Assembly: GCA_051294375.1 (NCBI GenBank)
Contig: CM119266.1
Coordinates: forward strand, 18,834,087-18,898,086
DNA: 64,000 nt
Direction: 5' to 3'
Origin: Paraspadella gotoi
Lineage: Eukaryota > Animalia > Chaetognatha
Of the stretch, positions 40,780 to 53,277 are shown piece by piece. The position numbers and the translations under genes are program-made. The stretch's first letter is position 1. Each line of letters begins with the position of its first letter. The notes beneath the pieces are model-generated. The model had not been told where the DNA came from. It searched no databases and worked only from the letters and a program-made list of their open reading frames with translations.

Positions 40780-41515
40780 TATTATTATACGCTTGACGTG
40801 GAGGTCCACTGGAGGAAATTTTTTTGCAACTTTTTTCCACTCCTTTTGAAGAAACGTTTGCCTCATCTCTTACTTTTTCTATTGACCACATTTGAACTCG
40901 TCATTATTTTATTGTTTTCAGTCATTTTTACTTCAGCAGAGTCAACTTTTAGCGAGAGTCTTGACCATTTTTCATTCGTTTTAGTGACCGAATCATGAAC
41001 ATTTGTCGTTTGTCCAAACTCTGTTTTTAGGAGTTTTTGGACCGTATTTTATTTGTGTTTTGCCTTCGTTTCTTGTAATAAATATACGTTTCTAGAAACT
41101 CTTGTCAAAACCTCTTTGGACGGACGACGCGAACGTTAGTCTCCGCGGGCGAGAAGATAGCAATTCTTCTACACCTTTCGTGTAAAAATCTGAGCTTAAT
41201 ATTTTAATGTATTAGTTAGTAAAATATCTCGGGAGAAACATTTGTATTAATAAATTTCCTGATCGAATACCAAGTGACGAGGTTTTCGGCTCAAAGAAAG
41301 CCACGAGAAAGCGTCGAGAACGGTGAAACTAAGATGATTGGGATATATTGACCGGACGCGAGGTCTCAAATCTTTTTAATAAATATTTAATATTTACTAG
41401 TTTCATTTCAGTCCTATTTGAAATCCGTGCGTACATTCATCAATTCTATTTTCTCTTTCACTTTTTAACCTTCAAATTTTCGCGTCTGACGATTTGCCCG
41501 TGACTGATGAGACAT
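38779..41515 (-). CDS. Candidate spliced gene or pseudogene, unknown product; exons ~41515-41470, 41189-40791, 40255-40050 and 39079-38779
   Basis: GT-AG boundaries were found by hand. Exons 1/2 and 3/4 join in compatible phase, and exon 3 is fully open (FYLLPSFQPISDDKRKKST...RDRYCK). Exon 4 needs one frameshift in an A-run and exon 2 has in-frame stops. No domain recognised. Confidence 0.25.
40684..40788 (+). repeat. (ATT)n microsatellite
   Basis: Directly visible. Confidence 0.98.
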
Positions 41516-41567
41516 CGCGTAGACGACGACGACGACGACGACGACGACGAAAACTTAGACGACGACC

Positions 41568-41641
41568 GAGTCACGTGACCAAAAACGCTCAAACGACGAT
41601 CATCTCGAGGTGGTCACGTGACTCAAGGAGGGCGCCATTTT
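41568..41641. promoter_or_regulatory. Two GTCACGTGAC boxes plus a YY1-like CGCCATTTT; promoter-like
   Basis: GAGTCACGTGACC (41568-41580), its exact reverse complement GGTCACGTGACTC (41612-41624), and CGCCATTTT (41633-41641). Confidence 0.45.
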
Positions 41642-41750
41642 ATCATCATCATCATCGCCTTTTGGCGCCGTTTTAAAAGAGACGAGTCTCGCCCTCTTAC
41701 TCGATCTCCATCTTTTGTCATTCCCTTCTCTTCTCATAAATTCACAATTT

Positions 41751-41857
41751 TATTATTAAAATTGTAGAGTGTACTATATTGCTCTATTTATCTAACAAAA
41801 AGATATTATTAAAATTGTAGAGTGTACTATATTGCTCTATTTATCTAACAAAAAGAT
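41751..41857 (+). repeat. Perfect ~53 bp tandem duplication
   Basis: TATTATTAAAATTGTAGAGTGTACTATATTGCTCTATTTATCTAACAAAAAGA occurs twice. Confidence 0.95.
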
Positions 41858-42020
41858 AAAGATGCGATAACCAAATGTTGTAAACGAAAAAAAATCATTT
41901 TGTTGTAAACACTAAAAACAAAATCCTTTTTTTTTCTTATTCCTATTAAATTTAAATCTTTCCTTTATTTTTTTAAAAATCTTTTGTATTAATTTAATCT
42001 TTGTCCATATTCCATATTCC

Positions 42021-42712
<692 letters not shown>

Positions 42713-43136
42713 TAATAATCACTTTGGCACTTGTCTCTTTCTATTTCTCCTCTTCTCTACAAAAAATATAATTAAAGATATATTTGTGGCAACAGAAACA
42801 CATATGTTCAATCGTCTCTCGGAAGATTTTCCTTTTTCCTCTTTCCTTTCTCCTCTCCAAATTCTCTTTTTCTATCCTTTTATATTCTATCTGTCCTTTT
42901 TGTCCTTCTGCCTGTCTGTCTCGTTACGATAGAACTGAGGAATTTGACTCCTCGCACGATCCTGGCGCTTTAGTAAGCGAGGATTACCTCTCTTCTCTCC
43001 CTCTCTCCTCTCTCTCTCCTCTTCTCTCTCTCGTCTCTCATCTCTCTCCCTCTCGTCTCTCTCTCATCTCTCGTCTTCTCTCTCTCTCTCTCTTCTCTCT
43101 CATCTGTCCTCTCTCTCGCCTCCCCTTCCTTCCCAC

Positions 43137-44388
43137 TTTTTTTTCTCGCTTAGCAATCAACTACTGATGAGGGTATTGCCCAATCTGGGACCGAGAAAAA
43201 CTACCATCAGGCTTCTTGCTCGTCGTTTGGCTTCCCAACTTTTCTTCTATACGTCTTCACCTTTCCATCTTACATCACAAAGTTCACACATCTCACGCAT
43301 TTCCCGCCGCAACCTTTTTCTCTGCCGATCCCGATGTATCACAACAAATAATTATTTTCCCTTTTAAAATTTAAAACTCTCTAGATAAACCTTTTGAATA
43401 AAAAATATTAAACGCAATATTATATTCAATTATATACATATACGCTATTAATATATAAATATCTACCCTTACTGATACTCAACACTAAGTCTCTATGTCT
43501 CTACCCTCTTGCAAATCTTTACGTTTTTTATTTCGACCAGTTTACGCTTAGACGATGTGTAACAATTTTCACTTTCCATTAACTTGAAAAAGCCGTTTTA
43601 AATGAAATCCTTCTTCACTTCTGCCATTAATTATCTTAATAACTTTAAATTAGTTAAGAAGTGTAACTGTTTACAGCAAGGATCTGTAGTTGTGTTCTCC
43701 CGTTCAGCGTTTTCTCCTTTTTCTGCTCACTTCCTTTTTCCCCCTTCCTCAGATCCGCAGTCCTCACCCACGGCTTGCGTGTCTTTCAGCTCTCCGCATC
43801 ATCGTCGTCGTCGTCCGTCGTCGTTGTCGTCACGCGTCGTCGTCGTGTTCGTCCGTCGTCGTCGTACGCCGCCCGCGTTCGTCCTCCCGCTTTTCTCGCT
43901 TCATATCGCCTTTACGCGTCCTCATGTTTGTACTCTACATTCTATGCAGCGCTGAATCTCGACAGCGAGAGAAAAAGGAAAACTGGAGAAAGAAGAAAGA
44001 GGAGAAAGGCGAAGTCGGTTGCGGAAACGAAGAAGAAAAATCGTCATTTTTTTTTTTAATTTCGTGTTCTGCTTATAAATTGAGACTTTTTTCAGTATCT
44101 CATATCGAAACTGTTTAAAAAAAAAAAGTTATTATTTTAACCATCTAAACGAAATATTATTCCAACCATATGAAAAAAAATATGTAGAATCATGGTTTTA
44201 ATGCAGAAATTTTTTGAAAAAAGTTACATATTCTTCGAATCAAGATAAAACTAATTAAGAAATAAAATGCATAAAAGAAAAACGAAGGAAATCGATCTTA
44301 CATTCAAGCGCCTCTTCAAAACAGGTGAGTTTGCCTATTTTTTTTATCACTGTGGAGTGAATGCGAGAGAGAGAGAGGAGAGAGAGAG

Positions 44389-44449
<61 letters not shown>

Positions 44450-46088
44450 TTTTCACTTCCGGTGAAAAACAACAGATGTTAGGCGATTTAATACATCTTG
44501 TTGAAAACAAAAAAGTGTGAAGACAGAATTAGAATTAGGCAAGAATTTTGGGAAAAAACGTAACGAAATAAAATGAGCTTTTAAATAAATTACAACTAGT
44601 TAAATGAAAGGAAATAATATATTAAATTAAAATTGAGGAGTAAGTCTAGAATATATTGGTGGAGTAAGAATTTGTCATGACATAAAAAAATTCGCATTAA
44701 AAAACGAGTAACAAAGCAGGAATAAAACCAAAAAATCGGCAAGAATATTGTATTTTCCGGGGGACAGAATTTGGGAAAAAAAGGAGGAGCAAACAAAAAG
44801 GGGCAATTTGGTTCAGTGGAATAAGAAAGGGAGAGAAATGTAGGGAGGAGATTGNNNNNNNNNNNNNNNNNNNNNNNNNTTTTTTTTCTCGCTAGCATCA
44901 CTACTGATGAGGGTATTGCCATCTAGGGACCGAGAAAAACTCATCAGGCTTCTTGCTCGTCGTTTGGCTTCCAACTTTTCTTCACCGTCTTCACCTTCTC
45001 ACATCACAAAGGTGTCTCAACAACATCTCACGCATTTCCGCCGCCACCATTTTTATCTCTCCCGAATCCCATGTATCTCAACAAATAATTATTTTCCCTT
45101 TAAAATTTAACTCTCTAGATAAACTTTTGATAAAAAATATTAACCATATTATATATACAATTATCATACATATACGTGTATTAATATATATATTATCATC
45201 CTACTGCGTTATCAAAAAAGTCTCTATGTCTCTAACCCTCTTGGCAAATGCTTTAGTTTTTATATTTCGACCAGTTACGCTTGAGAAGATTTGTAACAAT
45301 TTTCACTTTCCATTAACTTGAAAAAGCGTTTCATGAAATCCTTCATCACTTCTGCATTAATTATATTTATAACTTTAAATTAGTTAAGAAAGTGTTTAAG
45401 CAAAGGATCTGTAGTTGTGTTCTCCCGTTCAGCGTTTTCTCCTTTTTCTGCTCCACTTCCTTTTTCCCCTTCCTCAGTCCGCAGTCCTCACCCACGGCTT
45501 CGTGTCTTTCAGCTCTCCGCATCATCGTCGTCGTCGTCGTCGTCGTTCCACGCGTCGTCGTCGTGTTCGTCGTCGTCGTCGTACGCCGCCCGCGTCGTCA
45601 CCCGCCTTTTCTCCTTCATTCGCCTTTACGCGTCCCTCATGTTTGTACTCTACATCTATGCCAGCGCTGAATTCTCGACTAGCGGAGAAAAAAGGAAACT
45701 GGAGAAAGAAGAAAAGAGGAGAAGGCGAAGTCGGTTGCGGAACGAGAAGAAAAATCGTCATTTTTTTTGTTATTTCGTGTTCTGCTTAAAAACTTGAGAC
45801 GTTTTTCGTATCTCGATCGAACTGTTTTTAAAAAAAAAGTTACTTTTTACCATCTAAACGAAATATTATTCCAAACCATATGAAAAAAAAATGTAAGAAT
45901 CATGGTTTGATGCAGAACATTTTTGAAAAGTTACAATTCTTCGAATCAAAGATAAAAACTAAATTAAGAAATAAAAAGCATAAAGAAAAAACGAGGAATC
46001 GTCTTACATTCAAGCGGCCCTCTTCACAAACAGGTGAGTTTCTCGCCTCTTTTCTTTTCCTGTGGAGTGAATGCGAGAGAGAGAGAGA

Positions 46089-46138
<50 letters not shown>

Positions 46139-46545
46139 TTGTTTTCACTTCCGGTGAAAAACAGATGTTAGGCGATTCAATACATCTTGTTGGAAAACAA
46201 AAAAGCGGGAAGAAGAATTAGAAATTAGCAGAATTTGGGAGAAAAACGTAACAAAATAAAATGAGCTTTTAAAAATAAATTACAAAAACATGTAAAAAAG
46301 GAAATAATTATTAAAATTAAAAATTGAGAAGTAAGTCTAAGAATTATTGGTGGAGTAAGATTTGTCATCTCTAATTCCATTAAAAAAAAACCGAGTAAAC
46401 AAAAGCGGAAATAAAAACCAAAAGAATTCGGAAGAAATATGTATCTTTTCCGGGGACAGAATTTGGGAAAAAAAGGGGACAAACAAAAAAGGGGCAAATT
46501 TGGTCAGTGGAATAAGAAAGGAGAAGAGAAAGCAGGGATGGGGAG
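43137..46545 (+). repeat. ~1.7 kb direct duplication across the 25-N gap: 43137-44854 and 44880-~46545
   Basis: Both start TTTTCTCGCT..GCA..TCA..CTACTGATGAGGGTATTGCC and run collinearly to CAGTGGAATAAGAAAGG. Confidence 0.95.
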
Positions 46546-46690
46546 AATGAAAAAGAGAAGAGAAAGTAGGGATGGAAAGAATGAAAAAGAGAAGAGAAAG
46601 TAGGGATGGAAGGAATGAAAAAGAGAAGAGAAAGCAGGGATGGGGAGAATGAAAAAGAAAAGAGAAAGCAGGGATGGGGAAAATGAAAAA
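46520..46690 (+). repeat. 34 bp purine-rich minisatellite, ~5 copies
   Basis: AAAAGAGAAGAGAAAG(C/T)AGGGATGG..(A/G)GAATGA repeated. Confidence 0.9.
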
Positions 46691-46805
46691 TGATGGATAA
46701 TATAATTTAAAATTATGGAAATTAGATAAAAGTAGTTATGAAATCTAAAAAAATGAGAACATTATTAAAATAGATATAAAGCGAAAGAAAAAGAGAGAGA
46801 AAGAG

Positions 46806-46854
<49 letters not shown>

Positions 46855-47354
46855 AATGGAGGGCAAGGGAAAAAAGCGTACGAGATCCGAGTTTCTCGCT
46901 GATTGAAAAGGAAAGGGAAAACCTAATGGAACGGAAATTTGTACAAGACGAAGTAAAAGATGGGGAGATGGGAAATATATATGTTAGTACCATGGCCAAA
47001 GAAAGAAAATTATCACTGTATAAAATGCAATTTTCAAAAATTATGGATATGAATAGAAAGGTTAGAATATGATTGTATAAAAAATGTAGAGGAAAAGTCG
47101 CCATGAAGGCGACGGAAAAAGTTTAAATGGACCCAAGGACCCAAACTCGAAACAGACCGGATTCGATCGTTTATTTCCCCCTTCCGCTCCATGCATAATT
47201 GCATATCCGTCTTACTATACAAGTTCTGACCTCCCGCTGTTGCTAAGCGACGATCCAAGCATCTGTCAAACTCGATTCCCAGGTCCGCCGCATCGGATCT
47301 TTCTCACCCCCGACTTGACTCGTGATTAGAAATGAAAAAGCGCTTTATGTATGT

Positions 47355-47744
47355 AATTGGTATAACCAATATAGAAATTATCCATTCATTAAATAAACAA
47401 GATTCTCTATAATACACATCTTTCAGAGCGATTCTGTTGTTCAGCCTGAGAGTCTTCGTTGCCTTTCTGATGGTTGTTGCATTTTAACTATTCTCACAGG
47501 ATGTATATATTTTTTTTGAAGTAAAAACTGAAAGCAACATAACATTTTGACTATCTAGCATGCATACAAATGTTAATTATAGAAAAATATGTAGTTTTAG
47601 ATAAAATGAAATGATTGCAAGCTTGCTATGTTATCATCTTTAAGAGAGAAGTATGCCAACACCCATCATAGCCTGTCCAAAGTCAAGGGCAAGATAGCTT
47701 ATTTATTAGATGAATAGATAATTTTAATATTGGTTATATTAATT
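47355..47744. mobile_element. MITE-like ~390 bp element with imperfect ~43 bp terminal inverted repeats; related end at ~37792-37866
   Basis: The left end is AATTGGTATAACCAATATAGAAATTATCCATTCATTAAATAAA. The reverse complement of the right end is AATTAATATAACCAATATTAAAATTATCTATTCATCTAATAAA. 37792-37866 matches the right end over ~75 bp, including GCTATCTTG..CCTGACTTTGGACAGGCT. Confidence 0.55.
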
Positions 47745-47826
47745 TCAAAGTCACTACTCAATAACTGTTAACTATTGCGTTTTTCTCTGACCGACAACTA
47801 AAATCCTCGAAAATTCCTAGTAGATG

Positions 47827-47896
47827 TTTAAATTTAAATTTAAATGGGTTATGGCATACTTCCCATTTAAATTTAAATTTAAATTTAAATTTAAAT
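47827..47896. repeat. (TTTAAA)n hairpin with a perfect 22 bp stem and 13 nt loop
   Basis: TTTAAATTTAAATTTAAATGGG (47827-47848) pairs with CCCATTTAAATTTAAATTTAAA (47862-47883). Confidence 0.9.
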
Positions 47897-48356
47897 CTCT
47901 GATTTTTCCCAATCGTCGCTTTTGTTTTCTTCTTCTTTTCGTTTCCATTTCCTCCTCCTCCTCCTCCACCTCCTTTCCTCTTCCTTCTCCCCTTCTCCTT
48001 CATTTCCTCCTCCTCATCCTCCTCCTTTTCCGCTCCTTCTTCGCCATCTCATCCACCTAGATTTTTTTCAACTCTTTTTATTTCGTCGTTCAAAGTCGTT
48101 AAAGGTACTTCGTAGTCGTCGACGTCTTTGTCGTCGTCGTCGTCGTCCTCATCGTCGTCGTCGTCCCGCTTTCCTCCTCCCCATCGACTTCTCATTGTCT
48201 CTGTTTTGCGCTCACGAGTACAACAGAATACAGACTGCTAAGTTAATTGTAATTATTATTACTCTTATTATATTTTTTGATATAATTTAATTTAATTCCA
48301 CGAGGTTTTCCAGAGCCCCTCGGCTTTGTGGAGGATGTCTAACCCTACACACGCCC

Positions 48357-48570
48357 TTGTCATATAAAATTACCAAATTATTACCTACCCCCGCATTCGG
48401 TCTAACGCTTCTCATTCTTTTTCTTTCTCTAAGTACGACTTCCCTTCTCAAGCTCTATCCAAGGTCTAACCAAGGTCTATCCAAGCTCTATCGACGCCCA
48501 CTCCTTTTTTTTTCCTCTTCGACTTGTGGCTCCTATAACCCCACTAAACCAACCCTGTTGCTCCTCTCAC
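48357..48570 (+). mobile_element. Possible decayed LINE (CR1/L2-like) ORF2 fragment C-terminal to RT
   Basis: The translation ...AFGLTLLIL..S...LLKLY...RPLL..SS... echoes the recalled post-RT pattern (LIL.F.....LL.LY...RP.LEY.S..W.P). The match is by eye only. Confidence 0.3.
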
Positions 48571-48889
48571 CATTTTCGGCAGCGCTTCTCCTCTTTCAGG
48601 CCGACGTGAGACTTTGTTTGTGAGATTAAGCGTACGCCGGCATTTTTTTCGTTGTCGCTTTTGTCGTCTGACAGAAAATGAAAAATCGACTCAGCTTCTT
48701 TCTAATCAGCGGTTTTTTTGTTTTCTTTTTTTTTTTTTTTTTTTGTGCTCTTTCAATACTTGCACAATAAATAGTTTCCGGCTTCCTTTCCCAGAGTACT
48801 AACTGAGTAATAACTGTAATGCCTCGATTTCATAAAAAAGCATTTTCGAACATTGGTTAAGCTCAGTGTATTTGACAAATTTAAACATT

Positions 48890-51452
48890 AGGGATTAATA
48901 TTAATATCAAGATTAAGGAATTAAGGTAGTAGGGACTCGAGGGCTGCTTAATTCAAACTTCAATTCATTATTTTTTTCCCCGACATTTTTCCGATGATTA
49001 CGACGAGAAATAATTCAATAAGCGACTTTCAAAATCTCGTCTCTAACAAAAAAAAAACTAAATAGAATTAGTCAAAAATAAACGGAAATTTTCTTAGCGT
49101 CAATGATGTTTTTTTTTTTATGTCCTGCTCGTTGATTTTCTTAATTAAGCAAACATTTCGTACTATGATTACGGGGGTATTTTGAAATTGGTTTTTCATA
49201 AAATAAATTAAATAATAATAATTAGATAATAAATTAAAAATCTTAAAAGTATAGTGATCCCGCCGGACGTTACTGTCAAAGAAAATTAATGAAAAAAATC
49301 CTAAAAGCACAATGATCTATCGCTCAGTAGACGATGTTGCCACAACCCTCACTGTCGATTTCGCTTCGCCAGTGATAAAATATAAAAGTAGCGAATCAGA
49401 CGAAAGGCGCGAGTAAGAAGAGAGGCTCGTGGCTGACGTCGAGGCACTAAGGATGAACGGGAGATCCGGGCTAGGGTTAGGGTTGGGGGAGAGGCCCCCG
49501 GGTGACGCTAGGGTTAGAGTTTTGGCTCGGCATAAGACGGGAGGCCCGGGTTGGGGTTTAGTGAGGGCTAGGGAAGTGGCTCGCTGGTGATGTCGCGATC
49601 CAGGGGAATGGATTAGGGTAAGGGCCACGGAGGCCGTGGCGCGAGCGCCAAAGGCCTCAGCTTAAAGCTTAAAGCATAAAATTTTTGACTTTTCTTTTGT
49701 GGTCCAACTTTACTAACTCAAAATTTATGTTCATCTTTGAATTTTATAAGCGTTTGAAGTGCAAAAAAATGCAGTGCAAAAAAAATGCCATGATAAAATG
49801 AGCTGAAAAACAAGTAAAAAAAAAAAAAAAAAAAAGCTGAGCATGAAAAGTGAGATAAGAGATAAGAGATAATTGAACAAGAAACGTAACGTCGTTTTGA
49901 CTTTTTTTCGTGAATGCATTTTCCGTTGATCATGTGACTACACAAATGTGAAACATAAGAAGTATTTCAAATACCTTATCAATCTTTTAGGTATTAACTA
50001 AAATGATTCAGTATTTCATGATTTATGCCGCAATAAATTTCGGGTCAAGATTCAATCAATTGATAAAGGAAGGTAAGTAGCGTGAAGGCATAAACGGTGT
50101 GAAGTAAGTGACGAAAAGCAGAGGATTAATATATAATATCAAGTTAAGGAATTAAGTAGTAGGAGATACGAGGCCTGCTTATTAAATTATTCATTATTTT
50201 TTTTCCCGACTTTTCGATGATTGACGAGAATAATTAATAAGCGACTTTAAAAAATTTCGTCTCTAACAAAAAAATAATAAGAATTTAGTCAAAAATAACG
50301 GAAATTTTTTTAGCGTAATGATGTTTTTTTTATATGTCATGCTCGTTGAATATTTCCTAATTAAGCAAAATTTGGTAATTGGTTAGGGGTAGTTTTGAAA
50401 TTGGTATTTTGCTTATCAAAGTAAAAATTAAATCATACATACATTGATAATAACGTTAATCATATACCATGTATCCCCCAGTGATCCCGCGCGACTGCTT
50501 CTGGTCACACGCAACTCTAATGAAAATATACTAATGCACATCCTCTTTGCTCGGTGATGACATCGCTCCTGCCACCCCCCTACTGGCTATTTTGCTTCGC
50601 CGTGACCTAAAATCTAAGTTAGCGCTAGACGAAAGGCGGAGTAAGACGCCACGCAGCGTCGTGGTGACGTGAGCGCACCTCGGATCAACGGAATCGCGCT
50701 CACTCGCTGGGGACGCCCGGTGACCCCGCGCCCGCGCTTCTGCGTTCCGGCTCCCGCGCCGAGGCCGCGTCCCGCCGGCGCTCTCCTTTACCGCGCCCCT
50801 AGCGCGCTCCCCCCTCCGCCTCGCACGTCCCGCGCTCCCGCCCGCTCCCGCGCCGCCTCGCAGATGCCCCAGCCCCAAGGCGTGGCGCGGCCGCCCGCCA
50901 CGCCCCCGCCCCTTAGAGCTTAAGCATAAACTTTCCCGACTTATCTCCTTCTCCTCGCTGGCCCCTCTTCCTCCCCGCACCTCCAAAATTGTATGCTCTC
51001 CCCTTTGAATTCATGATAACCCAGGCTTGACACCGCTCGCACACACGCCGTAGAAGAACTCCGCATCGACCTCACCATGCGCTGAACAAACACACGCTGA
51101 ACACCTGAGCACTCAACAAGTCCCGAGTTCACAGAACCTGTCGAGGCACTACTCCTCGCCACCCACACACCTCAGCGTGGTTGCGCACCTCCCTCCTCTC
51201 TTTGCTCGGATGCCACTCTCCTCTCGTCTGCCTCCCCCCCCCATACCGTGACTACACTCTCCCAACTGAAGTATATTAAAATACCCTTTAACCCCCCCCC
51301 CCTTTTACTGTCTCACACCCCCCAAAATGATATCAGTATTTCTCATGAATATTCTCCCCCTCGCACCTAACCTTTCTCAGTCAGAGATATCCTAATTGAT
51401 AAGGAAGGTAAGTAGGCGTCGAAGGATAAACGGTGTGAAGTAAGTGAACGAG
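48890..51452 (+). repeat. ~1.2-1.3 kb tandem duplication: 48890-50113 and 50120-51452; second copy heavily corrupted
   Basis: Both start GGATTAATAT..ATATCAAG.TTAAGGAATTAAG and end GGAAGGTAAGTAG..AAACGGTGTGAAGTAAGTGA. Confidence 0.9.
49465..49640 (+). repeat. G-rich TAGGG/TTAGGG-like tract ending in a 7 bp GC hairpin
   Basis: Contains CTAGGGTTAGGGTT, CTAGGGTTAG and GATTAGGGTAAGGG. The stem is GCCACGG (49624-49630) / CCGTGGC (49634-49640). Confidence 0.55.
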
Positions 51453-52923
51453 TCTACAGGATTGAAAAACAATCCCTAGCATGATTATGATAACAATAGA
51501 TCGTTTTTCTCCATCGATTTCATTTGTAATTAATGTACAAATAGATTGCTTGAAGTTAAAAACATTCGAACTTAATTTAGCCATTTCGAAATTAGCCAAT
51601 CCGGCAAAGATAGTCGCCCTTTTTTATGCTTATTGGTCTCTTTCTGTTTATTGCTTAAGAGGATTCCTGAGAAGTAGAGATCACTACCAATTCTTTTTCA
51701 TCCACCTCACAACTACTCCTGCATCTTTTATTTATTTGCTTCTCTTCTTCTCCCTTTCCTCAACACTCCCCTGCCACTCGGTGCCTGCATCCTCATCTTC
51801 TAATTGATTCCTTTTCGTTGACGTCCCTGATTCGCGCCTTCACCCTAGATCTTATCTCCTCGTCTTTTAATGCCGCCATAATATTCTCTCTCGCTCTTCT
51901 TTCTTTCCTGTTCTCTCTCTCTTCCTCTCTTCTTTCTTTCCCTCTTTTCCTCTCTCCTCTTCTTTCTTTTCTCTCTCTTCAGTCTCTCTCTCTCTCTCTC
52001 TCTTCTGCTCGCCTCTCTCGTCTCTCTTCTACTCTCTTCTCTCATCTTCTCTTCCCTCTCTCTCCTTTTTTTTTCGCCCGATGGTGGAATATAGTTTTCA
52101 TCTCTTCCTCCTCGAATAAATCACGTGTTAACTCTTCTAAATTGATCAAACACTTTTTTTTGTCTTAAGGGAACTAAAATCCTCTCATTTCTCCTTTCTG
52201 GTGAGCGTAAAAATATCTCTCCTCACTCTCTCTATCTCTCTTCTTTTTCTCTCTCTCTCTCCCCTCCCTTCTCTCCGCCCATCTTCGCGTCTCATCTCTC
52301 TCATTCTCATTCTTAACCTCTCTTATCTTGCTCTCTCTCTCCANNNNNNNNNNNNNNNNNNNNNNNNNACGAGTCATAAAGGATTGAAAAAACAATACCA
52401 GCATCGTTGTTATAAAAATAGCATCGTTTTTTCTCCATCGATTTCATTGTAAATAATGTACAAATAGATTGCCTTGAAGTTAAAAACATTCGAACTTAAT
52501 TTAGCCACATTCGAAATTAGCCATCCGGCAAAAGATAGTCGCCCTTTTTTATGCTATTGGTCGTTCTGTTTATGCTTAAGAGGATTCCTGAGAAGTAGAG
52601 CATCACACTCCAATTCTTTTTCATCCACTCATCAACTACTCCTGCATCTCTTTATTTATTTGCTCCTCTTCTTCCCCCTTTCCTCAACACTCCCCTGCCA
52701 CTCGGTGCTCTGCATCCTCATCCTTCTAATTGATTCCCTTTCCGTGACGCCTCGATTCGCGCCTTCACCCTAGATCTTATCTCCTCGTCTTTTAATGGCC
52801 GCCTAATATCTCTCTCTCGCTCTTTTTTTTTTCTCTCTCTCTCTTTCTTTCCCTCTTTCTCTCTCTTCTCTTTCTTTCTTCTTTCTCTCTCCTTCTATCT
52901 TTATTTCTCTCTCTCTCTCTCTG

Positions 52924-52960
<37 letters not shown>

Positions 52961-53160
52961 TCTTTCTCTCCTCTCTCTCTCTCTCTCCTCTCTCTCCTTT
53001 TTTTCGCCCGAATTGGTGAATTAATCACGTTTTCATACCTCTTCCTCCTCCCGGAATAAATCACGTGTTACTCTTCTAATTGATCACAGACTCTTATTTT
53101 TTGGTCTTAAGGGAATAAAATTTCCTCTCATCTCTCCTTTTGTGAGCGAAAAGTCTCACT
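51448..53160 (+). repeat. ~0.8-0.9 kb direct duplication across the 25-N gap: 51448-~52240 and 52369-~53160
   Basis: Both start ACGAGTC..AGGATTGAAAAA and share GAAGTTAAAAACATTCGAACTTAATTTAGCCA and GAATAAATCACGTGTTA. Confidence 0.95.
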
Positions 53161-53277
53161 CTCTGTCTCTCCTCTTCTTCCTCTCCTCTCTTCTTCCTCT
53201 CTCTTAGCGTGAAGAAATATTACTTTTGTCACCCTCTCCGTTAGCGTAGACTCTTTATTTTTTGAGAGATAACTTAC

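Noticed and set aside
46856-47072. Coding-looking stretch on the plus strand (ERENLMERKFVQDEVK...)
   Set aside because: It is short, has no clear splice boundaries or recognisable domain, and purine richness alone can explain the open frame.
50531-50986. GC-rich island and 151-aa ORF
   Set aside because: It is a C-corrupted copy of ~49300-49720, not independent sequence.
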